A stretch of 64,000 nt of DNA, taken from positions 12,860 through 76,859 of IMG/VR virus record IMGVR_UViG_3300027908_000024; one strand, 5' to 3'. A program made the position numbers and the translations under genes. Below the pieces are notes generated by a model. That model saw only the letters and a list, made by a program, of their open reading frames with translations. It ran no database searches and was not told the origin of the DNA. This DNA is from a virus. The stretch's first letter is position 1; each line of letters begins with the position of its first letter. Positions 6,850 through 16,285 of the stretch are shown here, one piece after another.

Positions 6850-9789
6850 TCAAATAACAAAGGCAGATTCTTCAGTTCCGTGACCTGTATCATGTCCGCA
6901 TTCACTCAAGGGTCTGGGGACTTCCACCACACAGAGCGTATCGACCAGTTTAACACGTTGATCGAACACCCTGTCAACGGCGATCTTGACACCAGGACAG
7001 TTTTCTTCTCCGTAATCATGCAGCGCCATCATGCCACCGGCAGAAACCAACCTCTCTGACAACTCAATGTCGCTCATGACTGCCTCCAGAGAATGATCAG
7101 CGTCGATGAACACCAGATCGAACTTCTCTGTCAGTGCGGGCAGGATCTGTACAGACTCGCCGACCAGCACTTTCACCTTGTCCGTCACGCCATACTCTTC
7201 CAGGTTCTTGCGAAGCTTCTCCAAACTGTCTGGGTGATCGCGATGATGGTCGATGCTCACCACCCGGCGTGCCACCAGCGCCATCGCGATAGTTGAATAA
7301 CCGAACGCTGAGCCGATTTCTAGGACGGTCTTGCCGGCTGTCAGTTCTTGGAGAGTCTCTGTCTCTCGCACTGTCAGCGAGGTCGAGATGGCACCCTTGC
7401 CCAGCGACACATCACGCCAGGGCAGCAGCACCAGCGATTCCGCCGCCAGGCGATTCGCCTCAGCGGCTTCCAGGTCGCCAGCCGCGCGAAACATGGATTC
7501 CTGTGAGCGCCAAGCGTTGACGACCGTGGCCTGAAACGCATCCCACTTCACCGGAGCATAGCGATCGACAATCCTGCCCATGCGCAGCGTATCGCGCCAA
7601 TTCTCGCCCGTGAGTTGGAGCCGACTGGAGTGATTGGCCGGGTGCATGCGGTAGCAGGCCAGCGGCTTATCAATGGCTACCCCGCCGCCAAGCGTCACCA
7701 TTCTGACCCAGGTTTCCCAATCGCTTACATGGATCAATTCTTCGTTCCAGCCGCCATGATTTTCATAAGCACTCCGGCGCACCACAACGGCAGGAACTCT
7801 CAATGGGTTTCCTTCATGGATGGGCTGGAACATCTTCTCCCCGCGCAGCCAGTCAGCGCTCGTGACACCGTTCGGTTGCCCGTCATGGCTCATCAAGATC
7901 GCACGAGTTGCGCACAGCGCAACTTCTGGATGATCGCGCATGGTTTGGCGCACGGCATCGTAGAAGCCAGGCAGCACGGTGTCGTCTGGGTGAATAAGGT
8001 GGACCAACTCCCGCTTGGCTTCCCGGATGGCGATGTTGTGTGATTTCACCCCGCCTTGTTCCGTCTCGTTGCGCAGATACCTGGCACCGTACCGTTCGCT
8101 CAACTCTCGGATCGCCTCACCGTTGCTTGAGCAGTCATCGACCACCACGATCTCATCTCTGATAGGATCGAGTTGCTCATGGATGGATCTTAGCGTCTGT
8201 TCCATCCATGTAAGATTCGGGTTATAACACGGAACCAGCACACTGACGCTCTCGCTCCAGTCCGTCTTCTCATGTGCGTGCATGCCCCGCCACAACTCCA
8301 GCGATGGCTTTACGGTGGCGTTGAGGTAGTTGACATCATAGAGGTTGACATGCGGCCCGCCGCCATGAAAGACCGTGCCACCCTCATGCTCCTGAAAATG
8401 CACGCCGGGCCAAGACTCTGCACCGCCCCAGATTTTGTCCACTTGCTTCCAGTTGCGCGAGAAGACGTTCTTGCTGCGTGCCCAGAAGAACGCACCGCTG
8501 TAGTGCCAGCGGCTTTCTGAGCCGTCGAAGCCTCTACCAGACTTCTTGAACGTCCCGGCGAGCGGGTGGTGTTTCAACTCCCACTCCACCACCGGCCAGT
8601 AGTCCAATAGTGTCTCATAGAGAATGTCGGTCCACTCATGAAGGTGCGATCCGTGGGAGCTTGGCCGCGAAGTTCCCTTGGCATGACAGTAGAGGAATAC
8701 TCTGTCTGGATCTTGGCTCTCGATCTTCTCCAGAAGCAGCGGGAAACTTGTTACCTCACCGAGGTTTGGATTGTTGGGCACTCTGATAAATTCAAAACCG
8801 TGCGGCCGGAGCACAGCCTCCACACTCTCGGGTGAATCCAGCTTCGCCATCGAGCCGCGTGAGTCGAGGTAGGGGAATTGCTCTCTCACAGCCGTGGGCA
8901 GGCCGATGCCAGGCCGGGTGGTCGCGATGGCGCATATGCGCTTCCCGTTGAACAGGTGGATTCTCTTGAGAATATGCCCGATATTCCTCTGCCAGGCCCC
9001 GTTGCCCTCCACGGGGTAGACGTGCATGATCAGGTCTCTTACGGGAGTGATGAGTTTAGAGTGATGAGTGATGAGTGAAGCAGCCGCTGGCATTGCCGGC
9101 GCTGGCAAGGCGGGCGTCGGCGCAAGACGCAGACCGTTGAGCAATGTCCCCGCCTCGCGGTTGAGTTTCTCTTTCTCCAGCAGCGCCATAGCTTTCTTTC
9201 TCAGCGGATGATCCTGGCAGGTCTTGCACCACTTCACATCGGGATCTCTGGCCTTGTAGTCCGTGGTGCATTTCTTGTGGACCTTGCAGGTAATCACGGG
9301 CAATGGTCTGCCGCGCAAGACTCCCTGCTCGTCGCTGCCGCAACTCTCACAGAGGCTCGTCTCATCGGTGATCAGGCCAAGGTGGCTGCACTCCGTCGTC
9401 AGCGCCTGGTTGAGGAGTTTCCGCACTTCCTCCTGAACCGGAGAGGATGCTGGCGCAGGCAGCGCCGGGGCATGCCCGTTGCCGTTGCCGTTCTTGGCAG
9501 CAAGCAGTTTCTTGATCTGCTCCGTCTGCCCGTCGCGCCAGAGATCCTCAATCACCTGACGATGCGCCGGCGACGGCTCGGGGGTGATCTTGAGCGGCTG
9601 GCGCAACTCATAGCCCGGTGGGGGCCAGTCGCGCGATTGCGGAACGATACCGTTGTCGCGGCCATCCTCGGCACGGTGGTAGCGCCGATGGCAGAGATGG
9701 CAGGCGCCGGGAATGTGGTACTGTGCCTCCCAGGACTCGCCGGGGAGGTAATGGCCGCAATCATTACACGTTGATACCAGAGTCGCCAT
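6850..9789 (-). CDS. Multidomain protein: Cys-rich N-terminus, GT-like domain, GT2 glycosyltransferase, class I SAM methyltransferase (Methyltransf_24-like)
   Basis: VSVLVPCYNP...EIVVVDDCSS...IHPDD (GT2); VLEIGSAFGYST and DLVFIDADH...GGMMALHDY (MTase); LYCHAKG segment. Start at MATLVST (9789); the upstream track extension just translates a repeat element. Confidence 0.85.
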   Translation of the reverse strand: MATLVSTCNDCGHYLPGESWEAQYHIPGACHLCHRRYHRAEDGRDNGIVPQSRDWPPPGYELRQPLKITPEPSPAHRQVIEDLWRDGQTEQIKKLLAAKNGNGNGHAPALPAPASSPVQEEVRKLLNQALTTECSHLGLITDETSLCESCGSDEQGVLRGRPLPVITCKVHKKCTTDYKARDPDVKWCKTCQDHPLRKKAMALLEKEKLNREAGTLLNGLRLAPTPALPAPAMPAAASLITHHSKLITPVRDLIMHVYPVEGNGAWQRNIGHILKRIHLFNGKRICAIATTRPGIGLPTAVREQFPYLDSRGSMAKLDSPESVEAVLRPHGFEFIRVPNNPNLGEVTSFPLLLEKIESQDPDRVFLYCHAKGTSRPSSHGSHLHEWTDILYETLLDYWPVVEWELKHHPLAGTFKKSGRGFDGSESRWHYSGAFFWARSKNVFSRNWKQVDKIWGGAESWPGVHFQEHEGGTVFHGGGPHVNLYDVNYLNATVKPSLELWRGMHAHEKTDWSESVSVLVPCYNPNLTWMEQTLRSIHEQLDPIRDEIVVVDDCSSNGEAIRELSERYGARYLRNETEQGGVKSHNIAIREAKRELVHLIHPDDTVLPGFYDAVRQTMRDHPEVALCATRAILMSHDGQPNGVTSADWLRGEKMFQPIHEGNPLRVPAVVVRRSAYENHGGWNEELIHVSDWETWVRMVTLGGGVAIDKPLACYRMHPANHSSRLQLTGENWRDTLRMGRIVDRYAPVKWDAFQATVVNAWRSQESMFRAAGDLEAAEANRLAAESLVLLPWRDVSLGKGAISTSLTVRETETLQELTAGKTVLEIGSAFGYSTIAMALVARRVVSIDHHRDHPDSLEKLRKNLEEYGVTDKVKVLVGESVQILPALTEKFDLVFIDADHSLEAVMSDIELSERLVSAGGMMALHDYGEENCPGVKIAVDRVFDQRVKLVDTLCVVEVPRPLSECGHDTGHGTEESAFVI
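9045..9079. repeat. Five heptamer units (GAGTGAT-like) inside a coding region
   Basis: gagtgat gagttta gagtgat gagtgat gagtgaa, encoding SLITHHSKLIT on the minus strand. Confidence 0.75.
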
Positions 9790-9798
9790 GTCTTTCTT

Positions 9799-9914
9799 GC
9801 TCGCTTCGCTCGCGTGTTTTGTGTTTAGTGTTCGGTGTTCAGTGTTTCGTGCGGATATTTGTATGGTGCTGAACACGGAACACGAAACACGAAACACGAA
9901 ACACGAATTTCACG
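9799..9914. repeat. Heptamer-armed inverted repeat element (GTGTTTC / GAAACAC)
   Basis: tcgcttcgctc, then 5 GTGTTNN units, a spacer, and about 6 inverted (G/A)AACACG units; fills the intergenic gap. Confidence 0.85.
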
Positions 9915-11214
9915 TCACGTTGATGCCCACCAGCGCATCACTGCCGTTGCCCGATCCGCTGTAGCAGTCCACGCCGTTGCTGACGCCGCTATGCACGATT
10001 GTCCCCACGCTGGCCCAATTGAACTGAGGCGCCGCGCAGTTGGCGATCAGCGGAGCGCCGCTCGTCTGGAAGATGAGCGAAGAGAGCGCACCGCCAGAAA
10101 CGGACGAAAACGCAGCCTTGGCCGTCCAGGTGCCGTCGGAATTGCAGGAGAACTGCCCGTAGACGGTGCCGCCGCAAGCCTTCGTGGTGCCGGAGTAGGT
10201 CGCGTTGCCGAATCCGCCAACGCCACCAGTCTGGGTGAGCGGGATGTTGATGCCGCCGCCAAGCCCGGTCATGTTGCCGGCGTTGCCGACGAACATGTTG
10301 TTGGGTGGCGTCAGGCCGTTGGGGCAGCCGGGGCAGTTGTTGGTGCCGCCACCGCCTCCGCCTCCGCCAGAGCACGCTCCATTCGTGACCGTGCCGGTGA
10401 ATCCAAGGAGGCCGCTGCTGTTGATCGGGAAAACGGCGGTGCCGTTGCCGCAAGAGGTTGACGTGCCGGCGTAGAGGATTTCTACCTGTCCTCCACCCAA
10501 GATGTAATAGACGACCAACGATGATTGGTTTGTGCCGGCGGCGAATGCGACATATACAGGATTGCCACCACCCTGTGCGATCTGTGGGCAAAGTTGCTGT
10601 AGAGTTATGCCTGCCCCGTAATTCCAGCACGATATAAACGGCAGCGTAATGCTGAACGTGCAGGTAACATATGGATGGGGTGGATCGTATTGCTGGTAGG
10701 TGCCGTTCAGGCATACCGAGTCACCCAACTGCCCCATGCAAGAGATCGCGCAGGTGCCGCTTCCACCGCCTCCTTCACCGCCTCCTCCACCGCCCTGACC
10801 ACCACTTCCGCCCTGCGATCCCGTATAGACGCCAATGCCGCCACAGCAATTGTTCGGCTCAACGCAGAACGGCCCTTCCGGCAACCCCGTCGCCAGGTTC
10901 CACACCGTCACTTCCTGTGTCAACGGTCCTTCCACGGCGCTGAAAATATCACCGAAGATGTTCTGGGTGGGCTGAAGACCGACAGAGCAGAGTTTGCCGA
11001 ACAGGGCGATGAGGTTAGGGGACAGGTCCGCTTCGAGGTTGTCCTCGTTGATCGAGATGATGACGCCACCGGCATCCTCGTCCACCTGCATGGGCGGGAT
11101 GCCCTGAAAGCCACCCACGAGCCGCGACAGGTCGGACGCCACTTCGTTGAGCGTCTCGGCATCACGCCCTGATAGCGGACCTGAATTGATCGGGTGGTAG
11201 TGACGTTTCGGCAT
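9910..11214 (-). CDS. Gly/Cys/Asn-rich putative tail-associated structural protein
   Basis: 434 aa, poly-Gly linkers, many Cys, located downstream of the tape measure gene. Confidence 0.6.
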   Translation of the reverse strand: MPKRHYHPINSGPLSGRDAETLNEVASDLSRLVGGFQGIPPMQVDEDAGGVIISINEDNLEADLSPNLIALFGKLCSVGLQPTQNIFGDIFSAVEGPLTQEVTVWNLATGLPEGPFCVEPNNCCGGIGVYTGSQGGSGGQGGGGGGEGGGGSGTCAISCMGQLGDSVCLNGTYQQYDPPHPYVTCTFSITLPFISCWNYGAGITLQQLCPQIAQGGGNPVYVAFAAGTNQSSLVVYYILGGGQVEILYAGTSTSCGNGTAVFPINSSGLLGFTGTVTNGACSGGGGGGGGTNNCPGCPNGLTPPNNMFVGNAGNMTGLGGGINIPLTQTGGVGGFGNATYSGTTKACGGTVYGQFSCNSDGTWTAKAAFSSVSGGALSSLIFQTSGAPLIANCAAPQFNWASVGTIVHSGVSNGVDCYSGSGNGSDALVGINVT

Positions 11215-11303
11215 TGCTGAACTTTTGTACGCTTGCGGGAATCGTCAAAATCGGCAATCATTGCCATTGGCGGCCCATATCGGGCCGATACGGAGACAAA
11301 GCG

Positions 11304-11756
11304 ATGCGAGCAGCGATGGTTGTGATTCTGGCGATTCTGATGTCTGGTTGCGGCGAGACAGCGATCCAGAAGGCGTTGAACGGCACGCCTTCCACCAACG
11401 GAACATCGGCCGGCAAACCAGCCGAGCCTGTCAAGCCGGTGGTTCCTGTCGATCCTGAGAAGGAGCAGTTCCTCGCCATCGTGCGCGAGAACGCAGAGAA
11501 CCCGTCCGGTCTGGAAATCGTCACCTGGGGCGAGGCCAAGACCTGCACGCCGGCAGAGGGACGATACACACACAACGGCAAAATAGAGATCAGCGCCAGA
11601 TACCGGAGCGCCACGTTCCGCTGCGCCCGCTTCGGCATCGCGCGAAGCGGCGAACCGGTCATGTTGGAGCGCGCGCAAATCTCGTACCGGAAGGATGGCA
11701 GTATTCTCCTCATCTTGTTCGGGAGGGTGGACCGTATTTTACACCCTGTCAAGTAG
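11304..11756 (+). CDS. Putative lipoprotein on the opposite strand (moron-like)
   Basis: GGAG RBS, then MRAAMVVILAILMSGC (signal peptide with lipobox LMSG/C). Confidence 0.7.
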   Translation: MRAAMVVILAILMSGCGETAIQKALNGTPSTNGTSAGKPAEPVKPVVPVDPEKEQFLAIVRENAENPSGLEIVTWGEAKTCTPAEGRYTHNGKIEISARYRSATFRCARFGIARSGEPVMLERAQISYRKDGSILLILFGRVDRILHPVK

Positions 11757-11760
11757 ATAA

Positions 11761-12831
11761 TCATGGGTTCATCTTGAAGATGTTCGGGAAACTGCTGTTC
11801 TGGATCAGCACGTAACTATTTCCAGAAGCGCCTCCTATATTGGAAAATGGTAAGGTTCCATCGGATGTTGCCAGATAGCGGAAAGGAACTCCTCCGGGTG
11901 CCGGGAGAAGGTTCCAGCCATGGTAGGTGGTGAAGCCACCTTTCGTATCAAGCGGCCCATCGAGCCAGCCGAATATCATCTCCACGTCGTAGAGCAAACC
12001 TGGAGAAGCGCCGAGGTTGACGCCAAGCAGCGTCGGATTGATGGCGCTCTCCAGTTCGATCAACTTGTATGACTTGAAGAGTAGCGTCCCTGTATCGAAT
12101 CCAAGGAACGGAGCATCGTTGACTGTCAGGAGCGCTATATCCTGGTTGGTTGGTGGTCCAGCGCCGAAGTTAGAGTTCCACCCAGCTTGCGGCACGCGCC
12201 GCCAGGTCAGGTGGATCTCCTTCTCGCGCTGGGGCTGATTGACCGCCGTTGGGATTGGCTGTCCCTTGATAGCAGGAGTTGTTGGTCCATCGGCATACTT
12301 GTACGAGTCCGCCTTCCTCTGAAGCACACTCGATACCGGCTCTGCCATGTTGCTGATAAACCGTTGCCATTCCTGCCGTGGCGTGGTGCCATAGAAGGAG
12401 TCGAGGCTAGTATCGCTGATCATGAGCCAGCGCGGCTGCGTGAAGACGATGGTTATCTTGCTGAACACGTACTGGCTCACCCACTGAGGCTGGTTGATCG
12501 GCGGGACGAACAAAGACCCTTTCGCATTAAACCTAACCTCCTCGATCGACGAGATGGCCGAAGCGTAGAGCCAGGTGTAGATAGGATGCTGCACGGGCAG
12601 AACACGATCCAGATTTCCCGTGCCGCGATTGAAGCTGTTCGTGCCCAGGATAGCCGATACGGCATTATCAGTGTCGTTCCAGTTGACCCAGATCGTGCGT
12701 GAGACGTTGTTGCCCTGACCGTAGGAGAAGTTGGCGCGACTAATAGAACCGCTAGGGCCGGGCGTGACCTCGGCCCAGGGTATCCCATAGAGCCAACCAT
12801 TGACCTGCAACTGATTAGGCAGCAACGGCAT
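11761..12831 (-). CDS. Tail protein immediately downstream of the tape measure gene (distal tail/hub position)
   Basis: Position after the TMP; about 356 aa, beta-rich. Start at MPLLPNQ. Confidence 0.55.
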   Translation of the reverse strand: MPLLPNQLQVNGWLYGIPWAEVTPGPSGSISRANFSYGQGNNVSRTIWVNWNDTDNAVSAILGTNSFNRGTGNLDRVLPVQHPIYTWLYASAISSIEEVRFNAKGSLFVPPINQPQWVSQYVFSKITIVFTQPRWLMISDTSLDSFYGTTPRQEWQRFISNMAEPVSSVLQRKADSYKYADGPTTPAIKGQPIPTAVNQPQREKEIHLTWRRVPQAGWNSNFGAGPPTNQDIALLTVNDAPFLGFDTGTLLFKSYKLIELESAINPTLLGVNLGASPGLLYDVEMIFGWLDGPLDTKGGFTTYHGWNLLPAPGGVPFRYLATSDGTLPFSNIGGASGNSYVLIQNSSFPNIFKMNP

Positions 12832-12832
12832 A

Positions 12833-14869
12833 TCAGCGTCCCCCACCGTTTACGGGTCCCATGCCAAGGAACCCGGCGATATCACCCCAGACATCCTGAG
12901 ACTTGCTCTGGTCGTTCTTGTCGCGTGGACCCAGGATGCTCACGAACGGATTTCTGAACCATTCCCCAGCAATCTTGAAGAACGCTTGCAAGATTTCCGA
13001 CACGCTGTCCAGTGACGCACCTTTACCCTCCGCTCCCATGCTAGCCGCCTTCTCATAGCTCTGTTTCAGATAGCCGCTGATGTCCATAAATGATGCAGGT
13101 TGTTGCGAGGCACCCAGGCTCTTCCCCTTCATGGCAGCGCCGCCACCCTCATCGATGAGGCCCAACGCCTTGGCCAGCATGATCGGAAAGGTCGTTATCC
13201 ACACCTGAATCTTCAACAGCCAACCAGAGAGCGTCACGAAGCCGCTGATCATTCCCTTGAGGACCGGCAGCAACGGAGCCAGCGTATCGCCGAGATCCTT
13301 GAACGCATCCTTGAACGGCAGCAATGCCGTCCGCATCTCATCCGCCGATGGCAAGATGCTGGCGAGCGTGTCGCCGATCATCCGCACGCCATCGGTGGCC
13401 AACTCAAGGACAGGGACGAACATGCGGCCGATGACGGCTTGCGTGTCGTCCAGAGCCAACTGGAAGCGCTCCATCTGCGCTGGCGATGCCTTGCCGGCCA
13501 GATCCAGCATGGCCTTGCCGACCATCGCGATCGCGGCGACGGCCGCCGCCGCCGGACCGGCGATGGCAGCGGCACCAACCAGACCAGCACCCTCTGCTCC
13601 GGCCGCTGCCGCTGCGCCGCCCTCCGCGCCTCCGGCCGCAGCCGTGATACCGGGGATCGGTGGTTTGCCAGCACCACCGGCCGCCGCGCTAACAATCGGT
13701 CTTGCGGTTGCCTCCATCGCGACGGCCGGCGCTGGACCCTTCCAGGGCAGCGCGGATGGTAGCGCGCCGGCAACATCGCCGGCACTCAAGGCTCGCTCTC
13801 TTTTACCAATGCCTTGCGCGACATCGGCGGACTGCTGGTCCCTGCCACCTATCATCGCAGCAGCGTTGCGCTGGAGGAAACTGGCGCCTGTCTGGATGGC
13901 ACCAACCACATTGCCGCGCAGGAGTTGCGAGAATGCTGTCCCGATGCCACGAATGTTGTCACTGAGTCCTGCGCTCGCACCCAGAGTTGCCTTCATTGCC
14001 CGCGTCGTGGCATCGAAGGATGCAATCCGCTCCTTGTCGAGACTCAACTGTGTAGCAACCATCTCCTTTTCGGCATCAGCGCGTTGCTTCGCCAGGGATG
14101 CTGCTGCCTCCTCAGCATCCTCGATATTCTTCATAGCTATGAGGATGGCGGCTTCTTGGGCATCGGAAATTCTCTTAATTTCCTCCGCTGCCTTCTCTTT
14201 CTTGAAAACGAGATAGTCTTCGCGGTTTTTCTGTGCCTCAAGGAACATCTCTGCCCGCTTGGCAGCCTCAGCATCCCATGAAGCATCGATCTGTTTCTGC
14301 AAGGCAGCGTCTTTGGCCGCCTTTGCCGCATTGGCGATAGCATCCTGATAGGCTTGTTCTGCCACCACGGCCGTCTGGAACGTACCGGCCGTTTCCGTGG
14401 CTGCCTTTTGTGCTTTTGCTTGCGCTTCTGTCTGAGCATCACGATGCTCAGCGACGGCGGAATCCGCTCGACGTTCAGATTTCGCCACTCCTCTTTCTGA
14501 TTGCTTGTTGCGATAATCGGCCAGCGTCTGTGTGTTGGTAAGCGATTCTTGAGCCTTGTCGGTTCTTGCCGTCAGCACTTGCATTCTGGCAGGACTGGCA
14601 CCGGCCGTAACTGCTGCTAATTCGGCATCTCGTGCCTCTTGAAAGCGCTTCAGCGCCTGATCGATTTTGCGCTGTTCTTGTTGCTGCGTGTTGGCGCGCT
14701 GATCCAGCATCCTGGCGTATGCAGCCCTGGCTTCAACGAGTCGCGCAAAGGCTTGTTCGGTCTTGGCCAGTTCTGCTTGCTCGGACGCAACTTCTTGCTC
14801 GGCAGCCTTACGATGAGCCTCAAGAGCCTTGGCGGCTCTGCGCTGTGCCAGGTCTGACGGGGTCGCCAT
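12833..14869 (-). CDS. Tape measure protein
   Basis: 678 aa, Ala-rich coiled-coil N-terminal half and Gly/Ala-rich hydrophobic middle; follows the tail chaperones. Confidence 0.8.
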   Translation of the reverse strand: MATPSDLAQRRAAKALEAHRKAAEQEVASEQAELAKTEQAFARLVEARAAYARMLDQRANTQQQEQRKIDQALKRFQEARDAELAAVTAGASPARMQVLTARTDKAQESLTNTQTLADYRNKQSERGVAKSERRADSAVAEHRDAQTEAQAKAQKAATETAGTFQTAVVAEQAYQDAIANAAKAAKDAALQKQIDASWDAEAAKRAEMFLEAQKNREDYLVFKKEKAAEEIKRISDAQEAAILIAMKNIEDAEEAAASLAKQRADAEKEMVATQLSLDKERIASFDATTRAMKATLGASAGLSDNIRGIGTAFSQLLRGNVVGAIQTGASFLQRNAAAMIGGRDQQSADVAQGIGKRERALSAGDVAGALPSALPWKGPAPAVAMEATARPIVSAAAGGAGKPPIPGITAAAGGAEGGAAAAAGAEGAGLVGAAAIAGPAAAAVAAIAMVGKAMLDLAGKASPAQMERFQLALDDTQAVIGRMFVPVLELATDGVRMIGDTLASILPSADEMRTALLPFKDAFKDLGDTLAPLLPVLKGMISGFVTLSGWLLKIQVWITTFPIMLAKALGLIDEGGGAAMKGKSLGASQQPASFMDISGYLKQSYEKAASMGAEGKGASLDSVSEILQAFFKIAGEWFRNPFVSILGPRDKNDQSKSQDVWGDIAGFLGMGPVNGGGR

Positions 14870-14882
14870 GCTTCAACCTCCG

Positions 14883-15347
14883 TCAAGAAACCGACGCGGC
14901 CGGCGCATCAGTCGTATCTGCTCCCATCGGTGGCGGAGCATCTTCAGCGACATACCCCAGAGCCTTTGCCATCGCCATCGCGACCGCGTCAGGATCGCCG
15001 ACAAACAAATCGAGGACCTGCTGTTCGCTCACATGAGGATGATTTTTCGCCAACAACATTTCAAGCAACATCATCTGACCGTCCTGCGCGTCCATTATTA
15101 TCCGCAGCGCTGATCCCAATCGGTCAGGCTGAATCACCGTGCCCCACGTATAGTGCCCGGCCGCAATTGCGGCCGTGAGATGGTTTTGGCTCTCGATGTA
15201 ACTGTCTTCGCTGAGAGAGCGCTTTTGTGCCGTGATCTGATTGCGCGCCGTCGCCTGAGCCCAGGCGGAGAATCTCTTTCGGAGGTTCGCATTGATGCCC
15301 GTCAGCGTCCAGGTCTTGCCGTTGACTGATAGCAAAATATCTCTCAT
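14883..15347 (-). CDS. Tail assembly chaperone paralog
   Basis: Aligns by eye with 15761..16285 (WTL...RxRFxAWxQAxARxxIxxQ...AIAxGxYxW...DGQxxLxxxLL). Confidence 0.65.
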   Translation of the reverse strand: MRDILLSVNGKTWTLTGINANLRKRFSAWAQATARNQITAQKRSLSEDSYIESQNHLTAAIAAGHYTWGTVIQPDRLGSALRIIMDAQDGQMMLLEMLLAKNHPHVSEQQVLDLFVGDPDAVAMAMAKALGYVAEDAPPPMGADTTDAPAASVS

Positions 15348-15365
15348 CGAATCTCCATGATTAAA

Positions 15366-15740
15366 TCATCGCAACTTGCTGCCGTATTTGGCCTGCTCGT
15401 CCTTCCAGATTTCGTAGGTTTCTTCCGGCGTCTTGCCGCGATTTGCCCAGCACTGAAAAAACATAATTACGAAACCGGTCGGGATGCCGTTACCCGATGA
15501 GTTGACCCAGCGGAATGCCTCTGGAGGAATACCGAGTTCTTCTCGGCTCGGCAACTCCCAGCGAGCATCCTTGACCTTGCCACTCTCCCGGCGCTTCTTC
15601 CGTGCCAGGTCGCATTCCGTGACGACGTGCCCATGTTCGTCGCGCTCCGCGCCAAGCAGGATCAGGATATATTCGTCGCTGAACTCCGTATAGACCGCCG
15701 GGGTAATCCCCGTAGGCCCCATCGGACCGGCCGCGAGCAA
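15366..15740 (-). CDS. Tail assembly chaperone frameshift extension (gpT-like)
   Basis: Open in the -1 frame continuously from the slippery heptamer at 15848-15854; no convincing RBS/start of its own. Confidence 0.7.
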   Translation of the reverse strand: MLAAGPMGPTGITPAVYTEFSDEYILILLGAERDEHGHVVTECDLARKKRRESGKVKDARWELPSREELGIPPEAFRWVNSSGNGIPTGFVIMFFQCWANRGKTPEETYEIWKDEQAKYGSKLR

Positions 15741-15760
15741 GAGCAGAATATCAGCATCGG

Positions 15761-16285
15761 TCAGGTAGTCGTAGTCGTCGGATTCTTGTTCCCCTTGCTC
15801 TGGCTTTCCTCCGCCCCCGTGCGCTTCACGCTCGGGGGCATTTCGACGTTTGGGTCGAGGGTCCCCATCGCGCCGGCCACCGCATAGAGCATACCCTCGT
15901 CGTTACTGTCGAACAACTCGCGGATCTGCTCCTCCGTCACGTCCTTGTGGTGCGCCTCAAGGAGCAACTGCATCAGCCGAACCTGACCGTCCTCACTGGT
16001 CATGATCGTCTTGACCGATCTGCCCATTCGTCGCGGATCGGGAGAGCGCCAGGAATAAGCGCCGGACGCAATAGCATCCGTCAGCGCATTGTGAGCATCG
16101 CCGTAGCCGTCCGTGCCGACAACTGAGCGCTGACTGATAATGGCTTGCCTCGCTATGGCCTGACACCATGCCGCGAAGCGCGCGCGCATCAGTGGGCCAA
16201 TTGGGGACAAGGTCCACCACTTGCCGGCAACCTCGAACATGTGTCCGACAGCGGTGCCCAGCAGGTTGATTCCCGGTTCGGTCAT
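15761..16285 (-). CDS. Tail assembly chaperone (gpG-like)
   Basis: Lies between the tail tube and TMP genes; contains an in-frame C CCA AAC slippery site. Confidence 0.75.
   Translation of the reverse strand: MTEPGINLLGTAVGHMFEVAGKWWTLSPIGPLMRARFAAWCQAIARQAIISQRSVVGTDGYGDAHNALTDAIASGAYSWRSPDPRRMGRSVKTIMTSEDGQVRLMQLLLEAHHKDVTEEQIRELFDSNDEGMLYAVAGAMGTLDPNVEMPPSVKRTGAEESQSKGNKNPTTTTT
15848..15854 (-). promoter_or_regulatory. -1 programmed ribosomal frameshift site C CCA AAC
   Basis: X XXY YYZ pattern in the correct frame (gac cca aac); the -1 frame reads PKRRNAPERE...DYLTDADILLLLAAGPMG into the 15366 ORF with no stop. Confidence 0.8.

Noticed and set aside
9790-9897. N-terminal extensions such as MFRVSCSV...TEHRTLNTKH (also at 20691-20786)
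   Set aside because: They are translations of the heptamer repeat elements, not real coding sequence.
14883-14960. A second frameshift from the chaperone paralog into the tape measure gene
   Set aside because: No X XXY YYZ heptamer near its 3' end, and the TMP has its own RBS and ATG.
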